Assembly: GCA_050739575.1 (NCBI GenBank)
Contig: JBOIBN010000001.1
Span: 26,608 to 90,607, forward strand
Length of the DNA: 64,000 nt
Reading direction: 5' to 3'
Source of the DNA: Gammaproteobacteria bacterium
GTDB taxonomy: Bacteria; Pseudomonadota; Gammaproteobacteria; JAKDMP01
Shown: positions 1 through 8,787 of the stretch, piece by piece
Layout: every line of letters begins with the position of its first letter
Position numbering within the stretch: the stretch's first letter is position 1
The notes under the pieces: model-generated
Told to the model about the DNA's origin: nothing
Seen by the model: only the letters and a program-made list of their open reading frames with translations
Databases searched by the model: none
Translations under genes and position numbers: made by a program

Positions 1-31
1 GTATATGTGAAAGTGGCTACCGCATGAATAC

Positions 32-59
32 TTGACTTCTGTGAAACATGTTCTATACT
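32..59 (+). promoter_or_regulatory. Candidate sigma70 early promoter (Pe-like): TTGACT, 16-bp spacer, TATACT, immediately upstream of ner.
   Basis: Near-consensus -35 box at 32-37 and -10 box at 54-59. A second in-frame ATG at 79 is compatible with this promoter. Confidence 0.4.
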
Positions 60-66
60 TTGCCGC

Positions 67-360
67 ATGAGTAGCCGCATGAGTATTCGAGCCCTTCCAA
101 AAAAAGCCGGTCTTTTGGAGGACTGGCATCCGGCCGACATCGTGGCCGAGCTGCGCAAGGCGGGCTGGAGCCTACGCAAGTTGGCGATCCATCACGGCTA
201 TAAGGCACCGAGCACACTGAAGAACGCCATTGCCGCGCCGTGGCCGAAGGGCGAACGCCTGATCGCCGAAGCCATCGGCGTCAAGCCCCAGGACATCTGG
301 CCTTCGCGCTTTGCCGAAAGGGCGCGGCGTAAAGCCGAAGCCCAGCGGGAAGCCGCGTGA
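67..360 (+). CDS. ner: Ner-like DNA-binding protein (Mu Ner / Nlp family)
   Basis: The ORF segment DWHPADIVAELRKAGWSLRKLA...WPKGERLIAEAIGVKPQDIWPSRF is collinear with Mu Ner (DWHRADVIAGLKKRKLSLSAL...HWPKGEQIIANALETKPEVIWPSRY). The start may be the second ATG at 79. Confidence 0.85.
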   Translation: MSSRMSIRALPKKAGLLEDWHPADIVAELRKAGWSLRKLAIHHGYKAPSTLKNAIAAPWPKGERLIAEAIGVKPQDIWPSRFAERARRKAEAQREAA

Positions 361-459
361 GCGCCACGGCATCACGGATCGGAATGTTATCACCGCCGCG
401 GCCGTCCCGAAAGGGCACGGCCGCTTTTTATTTGGAACCCCTTATATAAAGGAAGGGCA

Positions 460-945
460 ATGCCGGGGAAGAATTGGAAACGGGCGCGGGCGCGCTCGAT
501 TTGCCACGGGATAGAACTGTGTCTGGACTTCGCCAGGGAGAAAGGGAACCTTTCCGTCGATCGCGTCGCGGATTTGATGGGGCTTCCGAATAAGTGGGTA
601 CTTTATAAATGGATGGAGTCGGGGCGCATGCCGGCGAACCTAATTCCGCCCTTCGAGCATGCCTGCGGGGCCTCGTTCGTGACCGATTATCTCGGCGGGG
701 TGATCGGCGGCGTGCTGATCAAGATGCCGACGGGCCGAAAGTCGGGACCGGAAGAGGTCGCCGCCCTTCAGCACTCATTCGCCGATGCGATCCAGCAGCT
801 CGCACAGTTCTACGACGGCAAGCGCGGCGCCGAAGAGACGATTGACGCCCTGACCTCGGCGCTCCGCGGCGCGGCCTGGCATCGGGAGAACGTCGCGAAG
901 CTCGCGACGCCGGAGCTGGCGCTCTTCGATGAGGCGCAGACATGA
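460..945 (+). CDS. Phage early-region protein with a central HTH, possibly a CII-like regulator
   Basis: Strong Shine-Dalgarno (AAGGAAGG) 5 nt upstream of the ATG. There is an ATGA overlap with the transposase start. The HTH-like segment VDRVADLMGLPNKWVLYKW weakly resembles lambda CII. Mu itself has no gene at this position. Confidence 0.5.
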   Translation: MPGKNWKRARARSICHGIELCLDFAREKGNLSVDRVADLMGLPNKWVLYKWMESGRMPANLIPPFEHACGASFVTDYLGGVIGGVLIKMPTGRKSGPEEVAALQHSFADAIQQLAQFYDGKRGAEETIDALTSALRGAAWHRENVAKLATPELALFDEAQT

Positions 946-2960
946 AGGAATGGTTTTCGGCGGCAGAATTGGCTGGATTGCCGGGGATGCCAATGACACC
1001 TCGCGGAGTGAACATGGTTGGTGATCGCGGTGGCATACAACGGCGAAAAAAGACGTTTGGAAAGGGATGGGAATATAGTTTTTTGACTTTGCCGGGCGAG
1101 ACGCAGGCGGCTGCGCTCAAGAAGTTCGGGGCTGCGATGCTGCCGGCGCCGGCGGATGGTGACGACGTACCGGCGGCGACGCCGACGAGATCGTCCCGGC
1201 GCGCCGAATTCAAATACGATCCGGAGGCGCTGTGGGCGTGGGCGGCAACGCGGCCGCAGCGGGCGCGCGATCGCGGGGTCGAGCGCGCGGGGCTGCTGAT
1301 GCAGGCGATGCGGCTCGCTGAGGCCGGGCAGGCGTTCGGCGTTGCGATGGAGACGGTCGCGCGGGCGAACGGGATCCCGGTCGTGAATTTGCGGAACTGG
1401 TTTTATGGCGTGAACGGGCATCCCGGCGCGCGGCTGTATGCGCGCAACGACTGGGCCGCGATGCTGGTGCCTTCGTACTGTGGCCGCACGGCGCGGGCCG
1501 AGTGCAGCGAGGAGGCGTGGGACGTCTTCAAGGCGCTGTATCTGCGGCGGCGGGCGCCGAATTGTTCGACCTGCTACGAGCAGGTCGCGAAGATCGCCGC
1601 CGCCAAGGGCTGGGACTGGCCGTCGCAGGCGACGATCCTGCGCCGGGTGCGGGAGCTGCCGCGCGCGGTGCGGGTGCTGGCGCGCGAGGGCGCGGAAGCG
1701 CTCGACCTTTTGATGCCGGCGATGACGCGCGACCGCAGCGGCTTCCACGCGATGGAGGCGGTAAACGGCGACGGCATCGAGTGGAAGCGCTATTGCGTGT
1801 GGCCGGACGGCGAAGTGGCGCGGCCGCACACGTGGATTACGCAGGATCTGTACAGCAACAAGCTGCTCGCGTGGCGCACGGATCGCAGCGAGAACAAGGG
1901 CATGTTCCGGCTCGCCTATGGCGACCTGGTCGAGCGCTTCGGAATCCCGATCTTCTATTACATCGACAACACGATGGCGGCGGCGAGCAAGTGGATGACC
2001 GGCGGCACGCCAAACCGGTACCGCTGGCCGATCAAGGACGAAGACCCGATCGGAATCATGCCGCAGATGGGCACCGAAGTGCGTTTCGTGCAGCCCGGTC
2101 ACGGGCAATCCAAACCGATCGAGCGCGCGAACCGGGAGCTGCGCGAGCGGGTGGATGTTCATCCGCAGTTCGAGGGACGCGGGACGCCGGGACGGCCGAT
2201 CCCGATTGCCGACTTCGTGACGTTGATGGAGGCCGAATTCGCGGCCTATAACGCGAAAAGCGCGCGCCGGGTGCCGAACGCGGCCGGGCGCAGCTTCGAC
2301 GAGACCTTCAACGCGAGTTATTCGAGCGCGCCGATCCGCAAAGCGACCGCCGAGCAGCGGCGCCTGTGGCTGCTGGCCGCCGAGCGCATCTATGCTCAAC
2401 GCGACAACGGCTCGATCGTGCTCGGGCGCGGCCCGCACGGGGAGAACCGTTATTGGAGTGAAGCGCTGGCGCCTTATGCCGGGCAGCATGTCGTAGTGCG
2501 CTTCGATCCGCAGGATTTCAGTCGGCCGGTGCACGTGTACGAGGTCGGCGGCCAGTACGTCGGCGAAGCGCCGTGCACCTGGCAGGCCGGTTTCGCCGAT
2601 GCCGAGTCCGCACAGACCTATCACCGCGAGCGTTCCCGCTGGAAGCGCGACAGAAGGAACGCGCTGGAATCCGAGAAGCGCATGACGACGGCCGCGGCGG
2701 CTTCGCTGATCGAGACACCGCAGCCGGAAGAGCCGCCGGAATCGAAGGTGGTGCAGTTGATGCGCCCGCGGCTGCAACGCGCGGCCAATCACGATGTTGA
2801 CCATGACGACGAGGACGGCGAAAACGAACAGCACTTCATGGCCGCAATGGCGAAATTAACGGGTCCAGTGCGCGATCTGGAGGCCGAACGCGAGGAACGC
2901 GAGCGACATTTCGGGGCCGCCGTCGCGCAGATGAAGGTGCCGGGGAGTTCGTTGTTGTGA
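942..2960 (+). CDS. MuA-family DDE transposase (transposase A)
   Basis: The N-terminus WFSAAELAGLPGMP is like Mu-like A proteins. The catalytic region HAMEAVNGDGI, RFGIPIFYYIDNTMAAASKWMTGGTPNRYRW and VVVRFDPQDF aligns to MuA [44 protein letters not shown] and VVVRFDPQQL. Confidence 0.9.
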   Translation: MKEWFSAAELAGLPGMPMTPRGVNMVGDRGGIQRRKKTFGKGWEYSFLTLPGETQAAALKKFGAAMLPAPADGDDVPAATPTRSSRRAEFKYDPEALWAWAATRPQRARDRGVERAGLLMQAMRLAEAGQAFGVAMETVARANGIPVVNLRNWFYGVNGHPGARLYARNDWAAMLVPSYCGRTARAECSEEAWDVFKALYLRRRAPNCSTCYEQVAKIAAAKGWDWPSQATILRRVRELPRAVRVLAREGAEALDLLMPAMTRDRSGFHAMEAVNGDGIEWKRYCVWPDGEVARPHTWITQDLYSNKLLAWRTDRSENKGMFRLAYGDLVERFGIPIFYYIDNTMAAASKWMTGGTPNRYRWPIKDEDPIGIMPQMGTEVRFVQPGHGQSKPIERANRELRERVDVHPQFEGRGTPGRPIPIADFVTLMEAEFAAYNAKSARRVPNAAGRSFDETFNASYSSAPIRKATAEQRRLWLLAAERIYAQRDNGSIVLGRGPHGENRYWSEALAPYAGQHVVVRFDPQDFSRPVHVYEVGGQYVGEAPCTWQAGFADAESAQTYHRERSRWKRDRRNALESEKRMTTAAAASLIETPQPEEPPESKVVQLMRPRLQRAANHDVDHDDEDGENEQHFMAAMAKLTGPVRDLEAEREERERHFGAAVAQMKVPGSSLL

Positions 2961-3265
2961 AGCATAAAACTGATGACGAACTCTACCGCACCATGCAACT
3001 GATGTTCGAGGAGAAGCGCGCCAACTTCAGGTGCACGCCGACAGATGGGAAATGGTGGCGCGATTACCTGCGCGGCCTGGATCAAGCAACGAGACGAAGG
3101 CTGATCTGGATCAATAGAGCCCATATGAACAGTGCTATCTACGGCGCGCTGGCCGGCATTCTCGATGAGATCGATGAACAACGCGGGCAAAAAGCGGCGC
3201 CTACGAAGCCGGATTTGCGCCTGATTATCAGTAATCCAGAGGATTCGCCGCCGAGCGGCGGGTAA
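2957..3265 (+). CDS. Hypothetical phage early protein (102 aa)
   Basis: The GTG start overlaps the transposase stop (GTGA). I recognise no family. It is positioned between A and the B-like gene. Confidence 0.45.
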   Translation: MKHKTDDELYRTMQLMFEEKRANFRCTPTDGKWWRDYLRGLDQATRRRLIWINRAHMNSAIYGALAGILDEIDEQRGQKAAPTKPDLRLIISNPEDSPPSGG

Positions 3266-3332
3266 AGGTGCGCCGGGCTGACACCCGGCGCGAGTTGGGC
3301 CGCGAGGCCCGGTTGGACACAGGAGATTTTAC

Positions 3333-3932
3333 ATGGCTGTAACGGCTATTTCAATGCGGTCCATCTCGGATCGTAATTTGCGCGGCGAGGTTGCCGCGCT
3401 TATTGCGAGCGAGAACGGCCCGTCACAGGCGACCTTGTCGCGCGAGGCGGGACTGTCGCCGAGCGCGCTCAACCAGTGGCTGCGGGAACGCTACGCGGGC
3501 GATAACCTCGCGGTCGAGATCAAGCTTTCGCAGTATCTCGAAACCTATTACGCCCGGCTCGCGCGCGAGAAGGCGTTGCCGCAGGCTCCGGGCTGGATTG
3601 CGACGCCGACCTCGGAGCGGATCCTGCAGACGCTCGGCTATGCGCAGATCGCGGGCGACATCGTGATCGTGTACGGCGGCGCGCTCGACGAGCAGGACTG
3701 GGGCATTGACGGCGCCGGCGCGCCGGTCGCCATACGCTCGGAGAATCTGTATTCGGGCGCCATCGATGCGCTGAAGGTCGGCTTGTGGGGCCTGCGCTGG
3801 GAGCAGCGCTTCACGCTCGATGCCGTTGATCCGGCGACGCTCGCGCCGTTCCTCACTTTCCACGAAGATACCGACATGGCGCCGGCCGACGGCGTGATCG
3901 ACATGTCGGAAACCGACGAACTGCAGCAATAG
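3333..3932 (+). CDS. MuB-like protein, N-terminal HTH domain retained, Walker A degenerate (probable non-ATPase remnant)
   Basis: LNQWLRERYAGDNLAVEIKLSQYLE aligns to MuB ISSFINDKYNGDNERVSQMLQRWLE. The segment aligning to the MuB P-loop IAVVCGNPGVGKTEAA reads IVIVYGGALDEQDWGI. The protein is 199 aa against ~312 aa in MuB. Confidence 0.55.
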   Translation: MAVTAISMRSISDRNLRGEVAALIASENGPSQATLSREAGLSPSALNQWLRERYAGDNLAVEIKLSQYLETYYARLAREKALPQAPGWIATPTSERILQTLGYAQIAGDIVIVYGGALDEQDWGIDGAGAPVAIRSENLYSGAIDALKVGLWGLRWEQRFTLDAVDPATLAPFLTFHEDTDMAPADGVIDMSETDELQQ

Positions 3933-3940
3933 GAGTCACC

Positions 3941-4162
3941 GTGAACGAATTCAACATCAAGCCGGCAAGCGATGCAGTGAGGGTGCGCGATCCGCGCACC
4001 GGCCGCGCACTCGCCAAGGACGGCGAGACCAAGCCGCGCAACAGCTACTGGCTGCGGCGCCTGCGCGACTGCGACGTGGTCGAAGTCGCCGCGTCCACTT
4101 CATCCGCATCCAAGGCCGCTCCCGTCAAGGCAGACGCCGAACAGAAAGGAGGCAAGTCGTGA
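3941..4162 (+). CDS. Small conserved protein found upstream of the sheath gene in Mu-like tails (DUF2635-like)
   Basis: GGAG lies 7 nt upstream of the GTG start. The motif VRDPRTGRAL...YWLRRLRDCDVV is typical of the small gene preceding the sheath gene in Mu-like prophages. Its stop overlaps the sheath start. Confidence 0.5.
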   Translation: MNEFNIKPASDAVRVRDPRTGRALAKDGETKPRNSYWLRRLRDCDVVEVAASTSSASKAAPVKADAEQKGGKS

Positions 4163-5625
4163 GCATCGAGTTCAATACCATTCCGGGCGACGTCCGCGTT
4201 CCCGGCGTCTATGTGGAGTTCGACTCCAGTCAGGCGCAGACCGGCCTCGCCGACGACAGCTATACGATCCTGGTGATCGGGCAGCGGCTTGCGAGCGGCA
4301 CCGTCGCGGCCGGCGTCCCGACTGCGGTGCAGAGCGCGAGTCAGGCGCAGCAATTCTTCGGAGCGGGCTCGATGCTCGCCAACATGCTCACGGCGCTCAA
4401 GGTCGCGAACCCGTACACCGCGTGCGTCGCGATCGCACTCGATGACGACGAGGCGGCCGTCGCAGCGACGGTGACGGCCACCATTACCGGGCCGGCGACG
4501 GGCGCCGGAACGCTGGCAATGTACATCGCCGGTATCGCCGTGAAAATCGCAGTGGCTTCCGGCGACAGCACGACGACGACGGCAACTGCGCTCGCGGCGG
4601 CCATCAATGCGAACGGAAACCTTCCCTTCACGGCCGGCGCCGCCGCCGGCGTGGTCATGCTCACGGCGCGCAACAAGGGCGTCGCCGCGAACTACATTGA
4701 CGTGCGCCTGAACTATTACGCGGGCGACGTGACTCCGGCCGGCGTGGCGGTGGCGATTGCCGCCGGAACCGCGGGCACGACCAATCCGGACATCACGACC
4801 GCGATCGCGGCAATGGCGGACGACTGGTACCAGGCGATCGCGATGCCCTATACCGATTCCGCGAACCTCGCGGCACTGGAGCTAGAGCTGATTTCGCGCT
4901 GGGGCGGCACGCGTCAGATCGACGGGATTGCCTATGCCGGCTACCGCGGAACAGCGAGCGCGACCGACACCTTCGGCGCCACGCAGAATTCGCCGTTCGT
5001 ATCGTGCATGGGCACTTCGATCTCGCCCACTCCGCCGTGGATCTGGGCCGCAGTCTACGCCGGCGTCGCGGCGGCATCGCTCGCGACCGATCCGGCGCGC
5101 CCGCTGCAGACGCTCACGCTTCCCGGCATATTGCCGCCCGCACGGGCCGATCGCTTCACCTTCGACGAGAAGAATCTCCATCTGCACAGCGGCATCGCGA
5201 CTTTCAACACAGCGCCGGACGGCACCGTGCAGATCCAACGCGAAGTCTCGACTTATCAGTTCAACGCCAATAAAATCGCCGACACTTCATTCCTGGACAT
5301 CACCACACCGGCGACGCTCTCCTACTTCCGCTTCACCACACGCGCGGCCATGACGGCAAAGTTCCCGCGCGAGAAACTCGCGAGCGACGGCACGACCTAT
5401 CCTCCGGGCGCGAACGTGGTGACGCCTTCGGTTCTGCGCGCGGAGCGCATCTCGATCGCCCAGGACTGGGTGAATGCCGGGCTGATGGAAGACCTCGCGC
5501 AATTCAAACAGGATCTGGTAATCCAGATCAATGCGACCGATCCCAACCGGGCCGATTCGCTCAGCTCGCCGAATCTCGTCAATCAGCTCCGCATCATGGC
5601 GGACCTGGTCGAATTCATCCTTTAA
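4159..5625 (+). CDS. Contractile tail sheath protein (Mu gpL-like)
   Basis: The N-terminus MSIEFNTIPGDVRVPGVYVEFDSS...ILVIGQRLASG is collinear with Mu L [24 protein letters not shown]...GLFIGQKLSGG. Confidence 0.9.
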   Translation: MSIEFNTIPGDVRVPGVYVEFDSSQAQTGLADDSYTILVIGQRLASGTVAAGVPTAVQSASQAQQFFGAGSMLANMLTALKVANPYTACVAIALDDDEAAVAATVTATITGPATGAGTLAMYIAGIAVKIAVASGDSTTTTATALAAAINANGNLPFTAGAAAGVVMLTARNKGVAANYIDVRLNYYAGDVTPAGVAVAIAAGTAGTTNPDITTAIAAMADDWYQAIAMPYTDSANLAALELELISRWGGTRQIDGIAYAGYRGTASATDTFGATQNSPFVSCMGTSISPTPPWIWAAVYAGVAAASLATDPARPLQTLTLPGILPPARADRFTFDEKNLHLHSGIATFNTAPDGTVQIQREVSTYQFNANKIADTSFLDITTPATLSYFRFTTRAAMTAKFPREKLASDGTTYPPGANVVTPSVLRAERISIAQDWVNAGLMEDLAQFKQDLVIQINATDPNRADSLSSPNLVNQLRIMADLVEFIL

Positions 5626-5637
5626 GGAGGCTAGACC

Positions 5638-6000
5638 GTGGCAAACAAATTATTCGGACGCGCAGTGGTGGCCTACGACGGCAACCAACTGCGCGTGGAC
5701 AAGGGCGCGAAGCTCAACACCGGCGGCATCAAGCGCAACACCGTGGTCGGGATGCAGGTCGAGGGCTTCGCCGAGGAGGCCGTCGAGGCATCCGTCGAAG
5801 TCTCCATCTTCATGGATGCGAGCACCGACCTCGACGCGCTCAACGCCGCGGAGGACGTGACCGTGCTGTTCACCGCCGACAGCGGCCAGCAGTACGTGCT
5901 CTCGCATGCGTGGCTCGCCGAACCGACCGAGGCCACGGCCGCCACCGACGGCGGCAAGGTGCCGCTGAAGTTCTGCTCGGCCAGCGCGGAGAAACTCTGA
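5638..6000 (+). CDS. Tail tube protein (Mu gpM-like)
   Basis: A 120-aa ORF directly after the sheath gene, with a GGAGG Shine-Dalgarno. Size and position match Mu M. Confidence 0.75.
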   Translation: MANKLFGRAVVAYDGNQLRVDKGAKLNTGGIKRNTVVGMQVEGFAEEAVEASVEVSIFMDASTDLDALNAAEDVTVLFTADSGQQYVLSHAWLAEPTEATAATDGGKVPLKFCSASAEKL

Positions 6001-6299
6001 TGGCGAACGTGAAGGGAACGCTCAAGCACGGGCTCAAGGTCGGCGACAAACTGCACAAGGATTACGAGCTGCGCGAGTCCACCACGCAGGACATGTTCGA
6101 TGCGGAGGCGGATGCGCCGAGCGATCGGCGCCTGGCGTTCCAGGGCGCGCTGCTCGCGCGCCAGATCGTCAAGCTCGGCGACCTCGGCGGCCCGCTCGAC
6201 TTCTCGCTGATCGGCAAGCTGCATCCGGAAGACTTCACGGATCTGATCGCCGATGCCGCCGCAGCGGATGCAGCGGGAAAAAACGCACCGGCGAGCTGA
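6001..6299 (+). CDS. Tail assembly chaperone (Mu gp41-like, lambda G-like)
   Basis: A 99-aa acidic ORF between the tube and tape measure genes. The ATG at 6001 overlaps the tube stop. It ends just after a G GGA AAA AAC slippery run. Confidence 0.7.
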
Positions 6300-6445
6300 A
6301 GGGCCTGCATCAAAAAACCCTTTTGCTCGCGCGCAAAACCGGCTGGACCCGAAGCGAGATTCTTGGGCTGTCACGTTCGGAGTTCGATTTTTATGTAGAG
6401 ACGCTGATCGAGTGGAGCACAGAGGAAGACGAATACGATGAGTGA
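6001..6445 (+). CDS. Predicted -1 frameshift fusion product of the tail assembly chaperone (G-T-like)
   Basis: Slippery heptamers G GGA AAA and A AAA AAC are in the zero frame at 6275-6284. The -1 frame runs open for 55 codons (KKRTGELKGLHQKTLLLARKTGWTRSEILGLSRSEFDFYVETLIEWSTEEDEYDE) and ends at 6445, overlapping the tape measure start. Confidence 0.55.
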
Positions 6446-8408
6446 CAGCACCCTCGATCTCGCCATGCGCATCACCGCAATAGATGTCTTCAGCGGGGTG
6501 CTGAATCGCTTCCGCACGCAGATCATGGGCGCGGGGGCGCAGTCCAAAGAATTGATGCGCGACTACGACCTCGCGCTTTCCAACATCCGCAAGGGGTTCA
6601 ACGGGCTCGCAGCCGCCAAGTACGGCTTCGACAAAATGAAGCCCGCGCTCGACAACGCTGCGAAGCTCCAGCAGGCGACGCTTGCCTTCTCGCAGATCCT
6701 GCAGGGCGCCCATCCGAACGCGAAGAAGCTCGCCGATCAAATGCAGCGCGTCAGCGACAATGCCATCAGCGTGGCGCGGCACATGAAATACAGCGCCATC
6801 GAGGTCATGGACGTCTCGCGGCTGCTCTACAAGTCCGGCATTCCGCTCGCGGCCATTCTCGACCGCGTGGGCAAAAGCGGCAAGACCATTTACGGCCTCG
6901 CCTACTACACCGAGGCGCTCGCCGAGACGCAGGGCACGACGCCGCAAGAGACGGCGGCGCAGATCGGCAACGTCGGCCATGCGTTCCGGTTGAAGCCGAA
7001 CCAATATGCGCGCGCCATCAACCTGATCACGCAGGCGCAACCGGTCGCATCCGGTTCGCTCACCGAGCTGTTCCACAATCTGGCCCAGTCGGGCGCCATT
7101 ACCAAATACCTCAGCCATACGAGCCTGCTCAGCCTGCTGGCGGGACTTAAAACGGTAGCGCCGCTTGGTGAAGAGGGGGGTACCGATTTCGCGACCATGC
7201 TGGAGACCTTCGGATCCATGCGGGTGCGCGGCAAAAAATATCTGCAAAAATATGGACTGAATTTTTACGATAAACAGGGCCAATTCCTGGGCCTCGATAA
7301 ATCGTTAGACGTGCTGCGTAAAACCATTGCGGCGCGGCACTGGACGCCAGAGCAGATAAACAAGATTTTGGGACCCATCTTCGGGCAACAGGGACTCAAG
7401 GCCATCGCGCTGATGACCGCGCCGAACGCGCCGGGAGTGAAAAGTTACCAGGAAATCAAAAAATCGATCACGGAGCAGGCCAACCTCAGTCAGCAACGGA
7501 TCGAGTGGGAGAAGGGTTACCTCGCGCAGCTTTCCGAGCTGAAGACTACGGGGCAAACGTTGAGCGCGGTGCTCGCAACGCCGGTCCTGAGCCCGACCGT
7601 CGGCGTGATGAAAACGCTGAACGACTGGATGGGCGATTTCACGCTCGCCGCCCATCATCACAAGTCCATCGGCATCGCCGCGACGGCCGCAGGGGGCGCC
7701 GCGCTTGCCGCCGCCGTCGGCTATTCGGCCTGGAATCTGATCAAAACGATAAAGCCCGGCAGCCACGTACTGCGCAGCCTGCTCGGCAAAGGCGGGGGCT
7801 TGGCCGCCCGCATCGGCGAAGGCAAGCTTATCCAAAAAGTCGCCGGGGTGCCGTCGGTCTTCGTGGTGAATATGCCCTCCGGTGGGCTTCCGGCGCCGGC
7901 CGGAGGCATCCCCCCGGGCGGCTCACGGATTTTGCTGCCGCCATCATTCGGCGAGAGAGGCGCGGCGATCGCGGCAGGCAGCATTGCCGCGCGCCTGAAG
8001 GGCTTCTTGCTGGCGCCGGCGTTGGCATCCATCAGCTCGGCAAAAGGATTGAAGGCGACCGCGGGCGCGGCCGGGAAACTCGTCGGTGCATTGGGACTCG
8101 CCGCCAGCGCCGGTTGGGCATTAGGCAAGGCGCTCGACCGCATCCCCGCCGTGCACAGTTTCTTCGACAAGGAGTTCCAGAACAGTCTGGCGAATGCAGT
8201 GATCACGGCTGCTTCCGGCGCGAACAAGAATGCGGTCGAATTGACCCGCGGCGCGCAACTGGAGCGCGCATGGCGCACGCAGCACAAGGACTTCAAGGGC
8301 GCGATCAAGATCACGATCGATAGCAAGGGCAAAGCGCATGTGACCGAGCTGCGCAGTAGCACACCGCGCGTGAACCTGAGCGTCGGCCATGCGATGAGCA
8401 CGCCGTGA
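6438..8408 (+). CDS. Tail tape measure protein
   Basis: 656 aa, helical and Gly/Ala-rich, located after the chaperone and its frameshift extension. Confidence 0.85.
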   Translation: MSDSTLDLAMRITAIDVFSGVLNRFRTQIMGAGAQSKELMRDYDLALSNIRKGFNGLAAAKYGFDKMKPALDNAAKLQQATLAFSQILQGAHPNAKKLADQMQRVSDNAISVARHMKYSAIEVMDVSRLLYKSGIPLAAILDRVGKSGKTIYGLAYYTEALAETQGTTPQETAAQIGNVGHAFRLKPNQYARAINLITQAQPVASGSLTELFHNLAQSGAITKYLSHTSLLSLLAGLKTVAPLGEEGGTDFATMLETFGSMRVRGKKYLQKYGLNFYDKQGQFLGLDKSLDVLRKTIAARHWTPEQINKILGPIFGQQGLKAIALMTAPNAPGVKSYQEIKKSITEQANLSQQRIEWEKGYLAQLSELKTTGQTLSAVLATPVLSPTVGVMKTLNDWMGDFTLAAHHHKSIGIAATAAGGAALAAAVGYSAWNLIKTIKPGSHVLRSLLGKGGGLAARIGEGKLIQKVAGVPSVFVVNMPSGGLPAPAGGIPPGGSRILLPPSFGERGAAIAAGSIAARLKGFLLAPALASISSAKGLKATAGAAGKLVGALGLAASAGWALGKALDRIPAVHSFFDKEFQNSLANAVITAASGANKNAVELTRGAQLERAWRTQHKDFKGAIKITIDSKGKAHVTELRSSTPRVNLSVGHAMSTP

Positions 8409-8410
8409 TG

Positions 8411-8749
8411 TCAGGGCGTTACGAACATCGCGCCGGTCCAGTAGGAATAGACCTGGCCTTTCGGTCTGATCTTGACGAGACGGCCGTCCGTGGTCATGTC
8501 TTCGATATAGACCGCCTCTCCCGACGTGAGCGCAACGCATTGGCCCGCGTTGACGCCTTCGGCAAGAAGCTCTTCGGCGGTCTGCTTGTCGCCCTCCGCC
8601 GCTATGGTTGCGATCTTGTCGAAAAGCGCCTGAGACTGGCATCCGGCGACGTTCGCGTTGATATGGCTCGGTCCTGTCGGAGCGGCTTGCGCGGACGTGG
8701 CCGAAGCCAGCGCCGCCAGCGCGGCTATGAAAAAGGCTTTACGCATCAT
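8411..8749 (-). CDS. Small secreted protein (signal peptide, 2 Cys), antisense moron inside the tail operon
   Basis: It exactly fills the 380-bp gap between the tape measure and N genes on the opposite strand. The Shine-Dalgarno is GAGGGGGA. The signal peptide is MMRKAFFIAALAALASATSAQA. GC3 is high, like that of its neighbours. Confidence 0.6.
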   Translation of the reverse strand: MMRKAFFIAALAALASATSAQAAPTGPSHINANVAGCQSQALFDKIATIAAEGDKQTAEELLAEGVNAGQCVALTSGEAVYIEDMTTDGRLVKIRPKGQVYSYWTGAMFVTP

Positions 8750-8787
8750 TTGAATCCCCCTCGAATGGTGGCCCGGAGCATAGCACC

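Noticed and set aside
810-2834. 674-aa minus-strand ORF antisense to the transposase gene. Similar long Arg/Pro-rich antisense ORFs occur at 5673-7283, 9881-11074, 11011-12171, 13876-15534, 16179-17039, 17190-17903 and 18105-18905.
   Set aside because: They are Arg-rich and low-complexity, typical of antisense frames in 65% GC DNA. They fully overlap well-supported phage genes.
6311-6320. Second A-rich run CAAAAAACCC, downstream of the chaperone stop
   Set aside because: It lies after the zero-frame stop, inside the -1 extension. The functional slippery site is G GGA AAA AAC at 6275-6284.
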